Origin: an uncultured Chryseosolibacter sp.
Lineage (GTDB): Bacteria; Bacteroidota; Bacteroidia; Cytophagales; Cyclobacteriaceae
Reading direction: 5' to 3'
Length of the DNA stretch: 45,769 nt
Assembly: GCA_966095595.1 (NCBI GenBank)
Contig: CBHTUB010000001.1
Span: forward strand, 1-45,769
This document shows, piece after piece, positions 1 to 10,145 of this stretch; position 1 is the stretch's first letter, and each line of letters opens with the position of its first letter. Below the pieces are notes generated by a model. It did not search any database. It was not told the DNA's origin and worked only from the letters and a program-made list of their open reading frames with translations. Made by a program: the position numbers and the translations under genes.

Positions 1-2
1 GG

Positions 3-1478
3 CAATGGCTGATCGAAGGTCACAGGGATGACTGGAAGATCAACGTCTACGGTCAGTGCAAATCATGGATCGATCAGGGCCTGCAGCCGCGTTCAATTAC
101 GCGTGATCTCGATTGGGGGATTCCTGTACCGCTGGACGATGCAAAGGGTAAAGTCCTGTACGTTTGGTTCGACGCACCTATCGGCTACATATCGGCAACA
201 AAGGAATTGAAACCCAATGACTGGGAGAAGTACTGGAAAGATCCTGAAACACGCCTGATCCATTTTATCGGCAAGGACAATATTGTTTTTCACTGCATCA
301 TTTTTCCTTCGATGCTGAAGGCTGCCGGCGATTATATTTTACCGGATAATGTCCCGGCGAATGAATTCCTGAATCTTGAGGGTGAGAAGCTATCAACATC
401 CCGTAACCACGCAGTGTGGTTGCATGAATATCTTGCCGACTTTCCCGGCAGGAGAGACGAGCTGCGTTACGTTCTGAATTCGATCTCACCCGAGACGAAA
501 GATTCTGACTTTACCTGGAAGGATTACCAGCAAAAAGTAAACAGTGAGCTGGTTTCCATACTTGGCAATTTTGTCAATCGTGTAATGGTACTCACATGGA
601 AGTACTTTGATGGCAAGGTGCCCAGTGAGCATGAGCTTCCGGGAACGGATGACAGGAGGAAAAAGATTTTAGTGCAATACAACAAGGCACACGAAGACCT
701 CAACAGGGCTGCGAAGTCCATGATCGATGCGCTGACGAACTTCCGTTTCCGAGAGGCGCAGTTCGAGTTGATGAACATGGCCCGTGTCGGGAACAAGTTC
801 CTTGCCGATACAGAGCCCTGGAAGCTTGCGAAAGACGACATGGAAGCTGTAGGCTGCATATTGAACTATGCACTGACGGTTGTGGGCAACATCGCGATCG
901 CGGCGGGGCCTTTCTTGCCCGACGCATCGGCAAGCATCATCAAGCAGCTGAATGCCGTTCAGCTCTCGGATAAATGGAAGGAGTTCTGGCGCAAGGAAGA
1001 GCTTGTTCCTACTGTTCCCGAACATCATCAGCTGAACGCAGCTGAATTACTTTATAAAAATGTCGAGGATGCAGAGATCGAAACGCAGATGCTGCGTCTT
1101 CAGAGATCAAAACCACAGCCTGTGAACGCTGCATCAGTTAAGCCCTTGAAACCCGAGATCGTTTATGACGACTTCGCGAAGCTCGACATACGAGTTGGAA
1201 AAGTTCTGGCCGCAGAGAAAATGCCGAAGTCCGACAAGCTGTTGAAATTGACAGTCGATACCGGCGTTGATCAGAGGATCGTGTTGAGCGGGATAGCCAA
1301 ACACTATTCTCCTGAAGAAATGATTGGGAAACAGGTCACGTTGATCGCGAATCTGGCACCTCGGAAAATGATGGGCATCGACTCACAGGGAATGATCCTG
1401 ATGGCTGAAGATGCCGATGGTAAGTTGAAGCTCCTTCAACCCAATGATATTGTTGCACCGGGATCTACCGTAAGCTAA
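3..1478 (+). CDS. metG: Methionine--tRNA ligase, 5'-truncated by window edge
   Basis: The frame is open from nt 3 (QWLIEG...[10 protein letters not shown]...[10 protein letters not shown]) into the 207..1478 ORF. It contains [16 protein letters not shown] (KMSKS-like) and a C-terminal tRNA-binding OB domain. Confidence 0.97.
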   Translation, partial: QWLIEGHRDDWKINVYGQCKSWIDQGLQPRSITRDLDWGIPVPLDDAKGKVLYVWFDAPIGYISATKELKPNDWEKYWKDPETRLIHFIGKDNIVFHCIIFPSMLKAAGDYILPDNVPANEFLNLEGEKLSTSRNHAVWLHEYLADFPGRRDELRYVLNSISPETKDSDFTWKDYQQKVNSELVSILGNFVNRVMVLTWKYFDGKVPSEHELPGTDDRRKKILVQYNKAHEDLNRAAKSMIDALTNFRFREAQFELMNMARVGNKFLADTEPWKLAKDDMEAVGCILNYALTVVGNIAIAAGPFLPDASASIIKQLNAVQLSDKWKEFWRKEELVPTVPEHHQLNAAELLYKNVEDAEIETQMLRLQRSKPQPVNAASVKPLKPEIVYDDFAKLDIRVGKVLAAEKMPKSDKLLKLTVDTGVDQRIVLSGIAKHYSPEEMIGKQVTLIANLAPRKMMGIDSQGMILMAEDADGKLKLLQPNDIVAPGSTVS

Positions 1479-1771
1479 AGACTTTGTCGATCCAGGTTCT
1501 TTTCGTGCCAGGTGACGTCGCCGTCTTTCCTGGCATGAACTTTCATCGTCACGACGACTTCATCTGCTCCGGCATTCAGACATGCATTCTGTGCGTCTTT
1601 CGCGACCTGCATGAGTTCATCGTAGTTTCCCTGCATGACTGTCTCCATAGGACCAACCGTGTAGGCTACGCCTGATCTCTGAATGACTTCTATAGCCTTA
1701 TCGATGATCGGATAAAGTGGCTTGGTTGCGATCGGTACGATCTGGATCGAGATGTGGACCTGGTGTTTCAT
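1475..1771 (-). CDS. Thiamine-binding protein (MTH1187/UPF0045 family)
   Basis: 98 aa with IQIVP...[24 protein letters not shown] pattern. The start abuts the pth stop. Confidence 0.85.
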   Translation of the reverse strand: MKHQVHISIQIVPIATKPLYPIIDKAIEVIQRSGVAYTVGPMETVMQGNYDELMQVAKDAQNACLNAGADEVVVTMKVHARKDGDVTWHEKNLDRQSL

Positions 1772-2332
1772 CTAGTTATTGAATTGACTCATTGTTATGG
1801 CAGCCCCGGCAGTGCAGAAGGACAAAATCATTTCATTTGCTTTCTTGATGACCTCGGGCAGTTTTTGAAATTCCTCCTGGGTGAAGTTGCTCAGGACAAA
1901 ATCCACTTGCTGCCCTTTGCCAAATTCATTGCCGATGCCGAAACGCAATCTGCTGTAATCCTGACCACCGAGAAGCAATTCGATATTCTTGAGACCATTG
2001 TGCCCGGCAGAGCTTCCCTTTGTTCGCAGGCGAAGACTTCCGAATGGCAGGGCCAGGTCATCGACGATCACGAGGATGTTTTCTTTCGGGATCTTAAGCT
2101 CATTCATCCAATAGGTCACGGCCTTTCCGCTCAGGTTCATATAGGTTGTCGGCTTGATCAGATGCAATGTTCTTCCCTTGTATTTGATCTCTGCTTTCTC
2201 AGCCAGCCGGCTTACCCCGAAGTTTGCCTGATGAAGATCGGCCAACTGATCAAGGACCAGGAAACCGATGTTATGCCTTGTAAGCTCATATTCGGGCCCG
2301 ATGTTGCCGAGCCCTGCGATCAGGTATTTCAT
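1772..2332 (-). CDS. pth: Peptidyl-tRNA hydrolase
   Basis: [25 protein letters not shown] and GHNGLK motifs. Follows rplY. Confidence 0.97.
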   Translation of the reverse strand: MKYLIAGLGNIGPEYELTRHNIGFLVLDQLADLHQANFGVSRLAEKAEIKYKGRTLHLIKPTTYMNLSGKAVTYWMNELKIPKENILVIVDDLALPFGSLRLRTKGSSAGHNGLKNIELLLGGQDYSRLRFGIGNEFGKGQQVDFVLSNFTQEEFQKLPEVIKKANEMILSFCTAGAAITMSQFNN

Positions 2333-2344
2333 GTTTAAAGAAAC

Positions 2345-2375
2345 AAAAAATCCCGCCTTATGCAGGCGGGATTTT
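2345..2375 (-). terminator. Intrinsic terminator after rplY
   Basis: 12-bp stem aaaatcccgcct/aggcgggatttt with a T-run on the minus strand. Confidence 0.8.
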
Positions 2376-2395
2376 AAATGACGAATTCAATTTTC

Positions 2396-3070
2396 TTATT
2401 TCTTGCCAGCTTCCTTCTTGGGAGCTTCTGCAGGCTTCTTGGCATCAGCAGCGGCAGCGGGTGCGCCGGCAGCAGGTGTTGCACCTTCAGCAGGAGCGGC
2501 AGCAGCTTCTTCAGCAGCGAGTTTCGCAGCACGTGGCACTTCAACGGCAGCGATAGTGGCTTGCTTCGGATCGAGGAACTCGAGGCCCGCGATGTTCATA
2601 TCACCAACCTTGATGGCGTGGTGAAAGTCCAGTGTCGATACATCCACGTCGATATGATCAGGCATATCTTTCGGGAAGCCATATACTTTCAAAGCAGCTC
2701 TTTTTCTGATAAGCGTACCGCCTTTGGCAACGCCGGGGGCCTGGCCTACAAGACGGGCAGGAATGTTCATCTTGATCTTGCGATCTTCAGAAATTCTCAG
2801 GAAGTCTGCGTGGAGAATGATCTCGCTTACCGGGTGAAACTGAACCTCCTGGAGGATTGCCTGGCACTCTTCACCTTCGATGTTGATGTGAACAAAGTGC
2901 GCTTCATTGGTGTACACAAGCTCCCTGAAAAGGATCATCGGTGAATAGAAGTGAACCTGGTTGTCACCTCCGTACAGTACACAAGGAACGAGACCTTCGT
3001 CTCTCAGTTTCTGTGAACCTGACTTACCGAGATTTGCTCTTTTATACCCTATAATCTCTACGGTTTTCAT
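2396..3070 (-). CDS. rplY: 50S ribosomal protein L25 / Ctc form
   Basis: LRDEGLVPCVLYG and QEVQFHPVSEIILHADF motifs, Ala-rich tail, prs-rplY-pth synteny. Confidence 0.96.
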   Translation of the reverse strand: MKTVEIIGYKRANLGKSGSQKLRDEGLVPCVLYGGDNQVHFYSPMILFRELVYTNEAHFVHINIEGEECQAILQEVQFHPVSEIILHADFLRISEDRKIKMNIPARLVGQAPGVAKGGTLIRKRAALKVYGFPKDMPDHIDVDVSTLDFHHAIKVGDMNIAGLEFLDPKQATIAAVEVPRAAKLAAEEAAAAPAEGATPAAGAPAAAADAKKPAEAPKKEAGKK

Positions 3071-3092
3071 AAAATATAATTGTTTAAAATGT

Positions 3093-4022
3093 TTACAGTT
3101 TAATGAACAACGAGCTTATCGATTCGTTGTCGTGGATCTTCCGGATCGCCTTTGCAAACAATCCCGATACGCTCAGGACCTTGATCTTTGAAGACTCTTT
3201 CTTTAACGGAATAGTGTCCGATACGACAAGCTCTTCAAGCACAGATCCTTCGACGTTCTCATATGCGTTACCTGAAAGCACGGGATGTGTACACACCGCT
3301 CGCACAGACTTGGCGCCATTTTCTTTTAAAAGTGTTGCAGCCTTGCAGATCGTTCCCGCCGTGTCGACAAGGTCGTCAACCAGGATCACGTCCTTACCTT
3401 CAACCTCACCGATCAGCCTCATGGACGCTACTTTGTTGGCCTCTTTCCTGTACTTATCACATACCGCGAGTTCTGCATCGAAGAACTTGGCAAAGTTTCT
3501 TGCGCGCTTGATGCCACCCACATCAGGTGTGGCGAACATAATGTCTTTCAACCCGAGTGACTTCAGGTATGGAACGAAGATGTACGAGCCATCCATGTGG
3601 TCCACCGGAATGTCGAAAAAACCCTGGATCTGATCAGCATGCAAGTCGCAGGTGATAATCCGATCAGCTCCGGCAGCGGACAGAAGGTTGGCGATCATCT
3701 TTGAAGCAATGGCAACCCGGGGTTTGTCTTTTCTATCCTGACGTGCATAGCCAAAATAGGGAATCACGACGTTCACATTGTGAGCGCTTGCCCGTTTTGC
3801 TGCATCAACCATCAGCAACAATTCCATCAGATTGTCCGAGGGCGGAAAAGTCGATTGAATGAGGTATACATCATGGCCACGAACGGACTCAGTGATGAAA
3901 GGCGACATTTCGCCATCGCTGAATTGCTGGTAATTCACAACTCCCAGTGGTTCACCGTAAGCGTTGGCAATCTTTTCTGCCAGGTAGTGAGTGGCCCTGC
4001 CACTGAAAATTTTTACAGCCAT
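3093..4022 (-). CDS. prs: Ribose-phosphate pyrophosphokinase
   Basis: FSDGE, PYFGYARQDRK, DLHADQIQGFFDIP and VDDLVDTAGT motifs. Start reassigned to ATG 4022 (MAVKIFSG) because the longer ORF runs through the tRNA. Confidence 0.96.
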   Translation of the reverse strand: MAVKIFSGRATHYLAEKIANAYGEPLGVVNYQQFSDGEMSPFITESVRGHDVYLIQSTFPPSDNLMELLLMVDAAKRASAHNVNVVIPYFGYARQDRKDKPRVAIASKMIANLLSAAGADRIITCDLHADQIQGFFDIPVDHMDGSYIFVPYLKSLGLKDIMFATPDVGGIKRARNFAKFFDAELAVCDKYRKEANKVASMRLIGEVEGKDVILVDDLVDTAGTICKAATLLKENGAKSVRAVCTHPVLSGNAYENVEGSVLEELVVSDTIPLKKESSKIKVLSVSGLFAKAIRKIHDNESISSLFIKL

Positions 4023-4050
4023 GACTGGGTAGCAATGAGGTTTTTTAACT

Positions 4051-4078
4051 AAAAATCCCGTCACAGGACGGGATTTTT
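4051..4078 (-). terminator. Intrinsic terminator immediately after tRNA-Gln
   Basis: Perfect stem aaaaatcccgtc/gacgggattttt with a 4-nt loop. Confidence 0.75.
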
Positions 4079-4153
4079 GGTTGTCCGACCAGGGCTCGAA
4101 CCTGGACTTTCCTGAATCAAAATCAGGCGTGTTGCCAGTTACACCATCGGACA
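4078..4153 (-). tRNA. tRNA-Gln(TTG)
   Basis: Cloverleaf: acceptor TGTCCGA/TCGGACA, anticodon arm CCTGA-TTTTGAT-TCAGG, T arm CCAGG-TTCGAGC-CCTGG, encoded CCA. Confidence 0.96.
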
Positions 4154-4211
4154 ATGTCCTTTTTCACCCTAAAACCGTCTGAAAAACACGTTTTCGTTGG
4201 ATTTGGGTCTG

Positions 4212-4219
4212 CAAAGGTA
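4212..4219 (-). promoter_or_regulatory. Bacteroidota -7 promoter element (TACCTTTG) for tRNA-Gln
   Basis: Exact TAnnTTTG match 58 nt upstream of the tRNA. Confidence 0.7.
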
Positions 4220-4256
4220 GAATTATTTTCGAAAAATGTAAGAGTGAGGATAACTT

Positions 4257-4832
4257 TTAGAGGTCTTTTTCCTCAGCTATAGCGCCGCCGTTTTCAATAA
4301 ATCCCTCGGCCCAAAAGCGGTATTTATCGAGGATCGATATCACGGCATTTTTCAAATGCCTGCTGTTGCCGAAGTTGATGGCGCCATACATCGTTGTGGC
4401 ATACCCCTGCCAGATAGATCGGTTCTGTCGACGGTCGTAAAACTGTATCAGCAGCGTACCGCTTTTCATATTGAATTTCTGAGGATCGTAGTTCAGATCC
4501 TCCTTGCCTGATCGCGCCCACTCTTCAATATCCGGTTGATTGTAGCCATTGAATTTCAGGCTGTCACCGAACATTTTAAAGCCTATGATCAGATGTGGTT
4601 TATTGGATACCTGCCGATAACCGAGGAATTTCATCCGGGCGATGATCGATTTTTCTATGACCTCGTTCGTCATGGTCGTGTCAACGGCCCCGGCAGGACG
4701 CATAATATCGAAAGTCCGATATTTTTTGAAGTTACCCTTATAAAAGTAGTCGTATTAGACAGGGAGTTCCTTAAATCCCAGACATGAACCCAGCATGACA
4801 GAAAGGAACAGAAAAGGCAAAAGTTTTCTCAT
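4257..4832 (-). pseudogene. DUF4136-like lipoprotein interrupted by in-frame TAA at codon 26 (4755-4757)
   Basis: ATG 4832 gives MRKLLPFLFLSVMLGSC (lipobox) LGFKELPV*YDYFYKGNFKKYRTFDI, in frame with ORF 4257..4703. The latter has GTLLIQFYD...IWQG as in DUF4136. The stop may be a consensus error. Confidence 0.75.
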
Positions 4833-4909
4833 GTGGCCAACAATTTTCAGCAAGCTTAAGATACGCTAAAAATTCAATACCAGCTAGAGGCTCCGCCGCG
4901 CCATTCAGC

Positions 4910-7900
4910 CTATTTAACCGATTTCAGCCACTCGCGTGCATTGACAAATGGCTCAATCCACGGCGAAATCTCGTCGTTTCTGCGTGTTGTTGGATAATAT
5001 CCCCAGTTCCATGGGAAAAGCGATCTTTCCAAATGGGGCATAATCGCCAGGTGTCGCCCGTCTTTGGAAGCCAGCGCAGCCGTTGAGTGCGTCGATCCGC
5101 CAGGCGTACCCGGATACTCGGCGTACGAATATTGTGCAGCGATCTGGTATTGCCCTGTCGACTCAGGAAGCATAAATCTGCCCTCTCCGTGGGCGATCCA
5201 CACACCCAGCCTTGACCCGATCATACTCTTCAGCATGATTGAATTGTTTTCTGGAATAGTAATGTTGAGGAATGCAGATTCGAATTTTTCGGAGCTGTTG
5301 TGATGCATCTTCGGATGGTCCTTCCACTCCGGGTACAAAAGCCCTAGCTCCATCATCAGCTGGCACCCATTGCACACACCGAGGCTCATGGTGTCCTTGC
5401 GGCGATAGAAATTTTCCAAAGCTTCCTTTGCCTTAGGATTGTAGAGGAATGCTCCGGCCCATCCTTTTGCAGAGCCCAGGACATCCGAATTTGAAAATCC
5501 TCCAACGAAGACGATCAACCTTATGTCGGACAGGTCTTCACGACCTGAAACCAGGTCGGTCATATGGACATCCTTTACATCGAAGCCCGCAAGGTATAAT
5601 GTATAGGCCATCTCGCGATCGCCGTTGACACCTTTCTCCCGTATGATCGCAGCCTTCAGTCCCGTAGGCTTTCTGCGCGATGCGTCGATGCCGTACGTAC
5701 TCAGACGTCCATCGAATTTTTTAGGGAACGAATATTGGAGCGGTTGTTTTTTGTAATTCTCATAACGCTTCTCTGCATGGTCGGCAGGTCTTTGTTTCCT
5801 GTCGAAGAGGTAAGATGTCCTGTACCAGGTGTCGCGAAGCTGATCGATATCGAAGGATTGTGATTTCAACACCAGTGTTCGTTCCGATGTCACCTCACCG
5901 ATGATCTGGTATTGAATGTTTCCGGCCTTGAGTGCGGCGAGATCATTTTCATCCTTCACCTGCATGACAAGAGCCGGATTTTCAGCAAAGAGTGATTTCA
6001 CCGGATCACTACCGAGCAGGGTGTTATCGATCTTCAAACCAACTTCCGGATTGGCAAACGTCATCTCCAGCAATGCGGTGATCAACCCGCCTTAAGAGAC
6101 ATCGTGTCCTGCCAGGATCTTTCCTGCCCTGATCATGGATTGAATCGCATCAAATACCTTCGCGAGGTTGGCAGGATCGTTGACAGTCGGTGCTTCGTTG
6201 CCGAGCAGGTTGAGTACCTGTGCGAGGCTCGAACCGCCAAGCTTGAACTCGTCCTGTGAGAGGTTGATATACACGATCTTCGATCCCCTGACAGATTCGA
6301 GAACGGGCGATACCGTTTTCTTTACGTCTTCGACTTCTGCTATAGCCGAGATGATCACTGTGCCGGGAGCATACACCACTTCGCCTCCGGGATATTTTTG
6401 CGTCATCGACAATGAATCCTTTCCTGTCGGGATGTTGATGCCCAGCCGGATCGCAAAATCACTTACTGCTTCAACTGCCTTGTAAAGCCTCGCGTCTTCT
6501 CCTTTTTGTTTCGCAGGCCACATCCAGTTTGCGCTCAATGAAACGCCTTTGAGTCCATGTGTCAGCGGAGCCCACACGATGTTGGTCAATGCTTCTGCGA
6601 TGGCCAGTTTGCTTCCCGCAGCCGGGTCGATCAATGCCGCACCTGGTGCGTGGCCGATCGCGTTGGCAACACCTTTTGTCCCCGAGTAGTCCAGCGCCAT
6701 GACGCCGACATTGTTCAGCGGAAGCTGGATCGGACCACAGGTTTGTTGTGTGGCTACCTTTCCTGTTACGGAGCGGTCGACTTTGTTCGTGAGCCAGTCC
6801 TTGCAAGCCACAGCTTCGAGCTGAAGGACCTGATTCAGGTATTCTCCGAATTTATTTACATCGTATTGTACCGGTTTATAGCTGACAGGTTGTTCTTCAT
6901 CCTTTAGAATGGTTTTCGGAGACGAGCCAAAGAGATGAGTGAGGTCCAACGCGACCGGTTTTTTTGCTGCACCGTTGCGTGAGAACTCCAGCTTATGATC
7001 TCCGGTTGCCTCGCCGATCACGTAAAACGGAGAACGCTCTCTCTCGGCCACTTTTTTCAGGGTTTCAATGTCTTTCTCGTGGATACCAAGTCCCATCCGC
7101 TCCTGTGATTCATTGCTGATGATCTCCTTGTCAGATAACGTCGGATCGCCAACGGGAAGCTTATCAATGAAAACTTTTCCTCCTGTTTCTTCCAGCAATT
7201 CAGACAAGCAGTTCAGGTGTCCTCCTGCACCGTGATCATGGATCGTGATGATGGGATTTTCATTCGATTCTACCATGGCACGGATCGCATTCATGACACG
7301 CTTCTGCATCTCGGGATTCGAGCGCTGAATGGCGTTCAGCTCGATCGCGTTACCAAATTCGCCTGTAGCTACAGAGGAAACTGCGCCGCCACCCATACCG
7401 ATCCTATAATTGTCGCCGCCCAGCAAAACCAACTTATCGCCTTTCGCGAGGTGTCCCTTTTTGCTGTCGATCTCTTTTCCAAAACCGACGCCACCAGCCA
7501 GCATGATCACCTTGTCAAATCCGTATTTCTTTCCGTCTTCGAAATGCTCGAAGGTCAGCAAACTTCCGTTGATGAGAGGCTGACCGAACTTGTTACCGAA
7601 ATCCGATGCGCCGTCAGAAGCCTTCACAAGTATTTCCTCCGGTGTTTGGTACAACCACTTGCGCGCTTCGAATTTTTTCTCCCACACACGGCCTCCTTCA
7701 AGGCGGGGATAGGATGTGATGTATACCGCTGTGCCAGCGAGTGGCAGAGCGCCTTTTCCACCAGCGAGACGATCGCGGATCTCACCGCCTGAGCCGGTAG
7801 CGGCACCGTTGAACGGCTCGACCGTTGTTGGGAAGTTATGTGTTTCGGCTTTTAACGATATAACCGAATCGATATCCTTCACCGTGAAGTAATCAGGCAC

Positions 7901-8584
7901 GTCCTGTCGTTCAGGCGCAAACTGCTCGATCTTCGGACCTTTGATGAAAGCAACGTTATCCTTGTAGGCTGAAACCAGATAATTTGGATTCTCCTTCGAA
8001 GTTTTTTTGATTAGCTGGAATAGCGTACTCTCCTTCTCCTTTCCGTCGATGATGAATGTGCCATTGAAGATCTTGTGGCGGCAATGCTCGGAGTTCACCT
8101 GCGAAAATCCGAAGATCTCACTGTCGGTGAGTTTGCGTCCGAGTTGCTTGCTTACATTTTCGAGGTAATCGACTTCTTCCTTGCTGAGCGCCAGTCCTTC
8201 CTTTTCGTTATAGGCCGCGATGTTATCGATTTCCCGGATTGGCTCAGGTTGATGGTTGATCGTGAAAAGGTCCTGACCCAGCTCATCGTACTTAAGTTGA
8301 AGCATACGATCATATCGGGCGGATCCGTCGTGCACCTTTTCAAATTCTTCAATGCGTTCGATGCCGCTGATACCCATTGTTTGCGTTATTTCAACGGCAT
8401 TGGTGCTCCAGGGAGTGATCATCTCCTTTCTGGGGCCGATGAAAGGTCCATTTAGGCTTTTTTCGGAAAGGTGCTCGCCTCCGCCGAAGAGCCAGATAAG
8501 TTTCTGAATATCACCGTTTTGAAAAGGCTGTGCCGAGCCAACAGCGTAAATTTTGTTGGCTTTCGAACGAAAGAATGAAATCAT
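4910..8584 (-). pseudogene. purL: Phosphoribosylformylglycinamidine synthase (large form) with single in-frame TAA at 6092-6094
   Basis: The two ORFs share one frame (1225 codons including the terminal stop): SEHCRH, KAETHNFP, GHDVS*GGL, and glutaminase GVCNG and MPHLER. Gene identity is secure; pseudogene status is not. Confidence 0.85.
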
Positions 8585-8661
8585 TGATTAACGAAAGGAA
8601 TTAGAGGCCGTAAAATTACATTCATTTTACTGTTTTCTCAGTGAAAACGTAAAAATGTCCA

Positions 8662-9474
8662 CTAACGGTTCTCCTCGGGGTGAATAAAGGGAAGACTCTG
8701 GTAAATGAGACCACTGTGCCCTGAATCCAGGACGTGAAATTTGTGATTTGGAACATGTTTCAGGAGGTGTTGCATGTTTTTTGGCTCAATCACCTTGTCG
8801 TAGCGTCCGGCAACCACCGTGAGTCCGATCCGGTTCCGGTTAATGATCGATGCCAGCTTTCTGACATTAAAGTGGAGGTGCCGGAATACAACCCATGAAT
8901 AATAAACTCTTTTTCGTTTTTCTTCGGTTCCCATCTGATAGTCAGCGAAACGAACCAGGCCTTTGTCTACGAGGTTGGCGCGATTCAGGAACTCCGCAAT
9001 TTTGAGGAATCGGTTATAATTACCGATCATACTTTTGAAAAACTTTCGCAGCAGAATAGGATATGTTGCCATGCTGTACCAAAAGCTGGTTTTTATTCCG
9101 TCGGGAGCGATCAGGTACACATGTGTCACACGGGGTTCAAAGGCCTCCAGCGATGCCAGTGCAAATTTTCCTCCCAGGCTGAAACCGACAACGGAGAATT
9201 CAGCGATGTTCTCCCGGGAGAGAAATGTCGCCATAAGCTCGTTCCAGAATTTTTTCTCCAAAGGCTGCTCGTCATAGCCCCATGTACTTTTACCATGAAA
9301 GAAAAGGTCAAAGATGTATAACTGGTAATGGGGTGCTAACGATTGAATAAGCGGTAAGTAAACGGAGTGATCCTGTCCGAACCCGTGGAAGAACAGAAGA
9401 ACCTTTTCGCCCTGGCCGGCTTTTACATAATGCAGGGTACATTTACCGTGCGGCAGATACTTACTTTGCGTCAT
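8662..9474 (-). CDS. Alpha/beta fold hydrolase
   Basis: FFHGFG oxyanion motif, GFSLG nucleophile elbow, C-terminal D and GH. Confidence 0.88.
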   Translation of the reverse strand: MTQSKYLPHGKCTLHYVKAGQGEKVLLFFHGFGQDHSVYLPLIQSLAPHYQLYIFDLFFHGKSTWGYDEQPLEKKFWNELMATFLSRENIAEFSVVGFSLGGKFALASLEAFEPRVTHVYLIAPDGIKTSFWYSMATYPILLRKFFKSMIGNYNRFLKIAEFLNRANLVDKGLVRFADYQMGTEEKRKRVYYSWVVFRHLHFNVRKLASIINRNRIGLTVVAGRYDKVIEPKNMQHLLKHVPNHKFHVLDSGHSGLIYQSLPFIHPEENR

Positions 9475-9567
9475 TCTACGTGTTATACACTTACAAGAGA
9501 ATTAAAATTTCTGCACTTTTAAAATAATACTCCCATAAAGTCGTCTCCCTTGAAAAGGAGCGAGGCT

Positions 9568-10122
9568 ATGGAGCTGGCCATGCAAATAAAGGAGCAAACA
9601 TTTCTGCGGGAAAAGGACAGGCTGCTGGGGTTTATCCGCAACCGGGTTTCCAGCACCGAGGAGGCTGAAGATATTCTCCAGGATGTATTTTATCAGTTTG
9701 TCGCCGGGTTCGATACGATTGAATCGTTGGACCGCGTGACATCGTGGCTATTCTCGGTTGCCCGTAACAAGATCATCGACCGCTATAGGCGCGATGCCTC
9801 CCGGCCACAGCGGACCGAGTTGGAGACACTGGCCTCACAGGACGACGATGCACCGCTTTCCCTGCAGGAGATCCTGCCTGATCTCGGCAACACGCCGGAA
9901 GATTCATATTTGCGCGAGGTGATCTGGGACGCCATTATGGAGGCTCTTGACGAGCTGCCGGCGGACCAGCGCGAGATATTTATTCAGAACGAAATGCAGG
10001 AACGCAGCTTTCGCGATATCGCCGAGGAAACAGGTGTTTCAATCAACACCCTCTTATCGAGAAAACGGTATGCGATACTTGCATTGCGCAGGAAGCTTCA
10101 AAGTTTGTACAATGAGTTATAA
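9568..10122 (+). CDS. ECF sigma-70 family RNA polymerase sigma factor
   Basis: AEDILQDVF and WLFSVARNKIIDRYR (region 2), region-4 HTH IAEETGVSINT. Start uncertain (TTG 9550, ATG 9568 or 9580). Confidence 0.92.
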   Translation: MELAMQIKEQTFLREKDRLLGFIRNRVSSTEEAEDILQDVFYQFVAGFDTIESLDRVTSWLFSVARNKIIDRYRRDASRPQRTELETLASQDDDAPLSLQEILPDLGNTPEDSYLREVIWDAIMEALDELPADQREIFIQNEMQERSFRDIAEETGVSINTLLSRKRYAILALRRKLQSLYNEL

Positions 10123-10145
10123 GTGTAAGCTGTAAACAGAAACAT

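Noticed and set aside
1475-1774. TPP riboswitch control of the thiamine-binding protein
   Set aside because: The gene abuts the pth stop, leaving no leader.
2396-2530. GCA/GCG-rich repeat-like tract
   Set aside because: Encodes the ordinary Ala/Pro/Lys low-complexity tail of L25/Ctc.
4111-4127. tRNA as an ochre suppressor
   Set aside because: The anticodon loop is TTTTGAT, giving anticodon TTG (Gln), not TTA.
4023-4154. 44-aa N-terminal extension of Prs in the ORF track
   Set aside because: It is translated tRNA-Gln and terminator sequence. Prs homology begins at ATG 4022.
4910-6085. Separate purQ gene
   Set aside because: The ORF starts at a TTG inside the GGL motif and includes the end of the synthetase domain. 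It is the in-frame continuation of purL.
8585-8661. Purine/ZTP riboswitch upstream of purL
   Set aside because: Only 77 nt, with an AT-rich hairpin (8625-8654) and no aptamer motifs I recognise.
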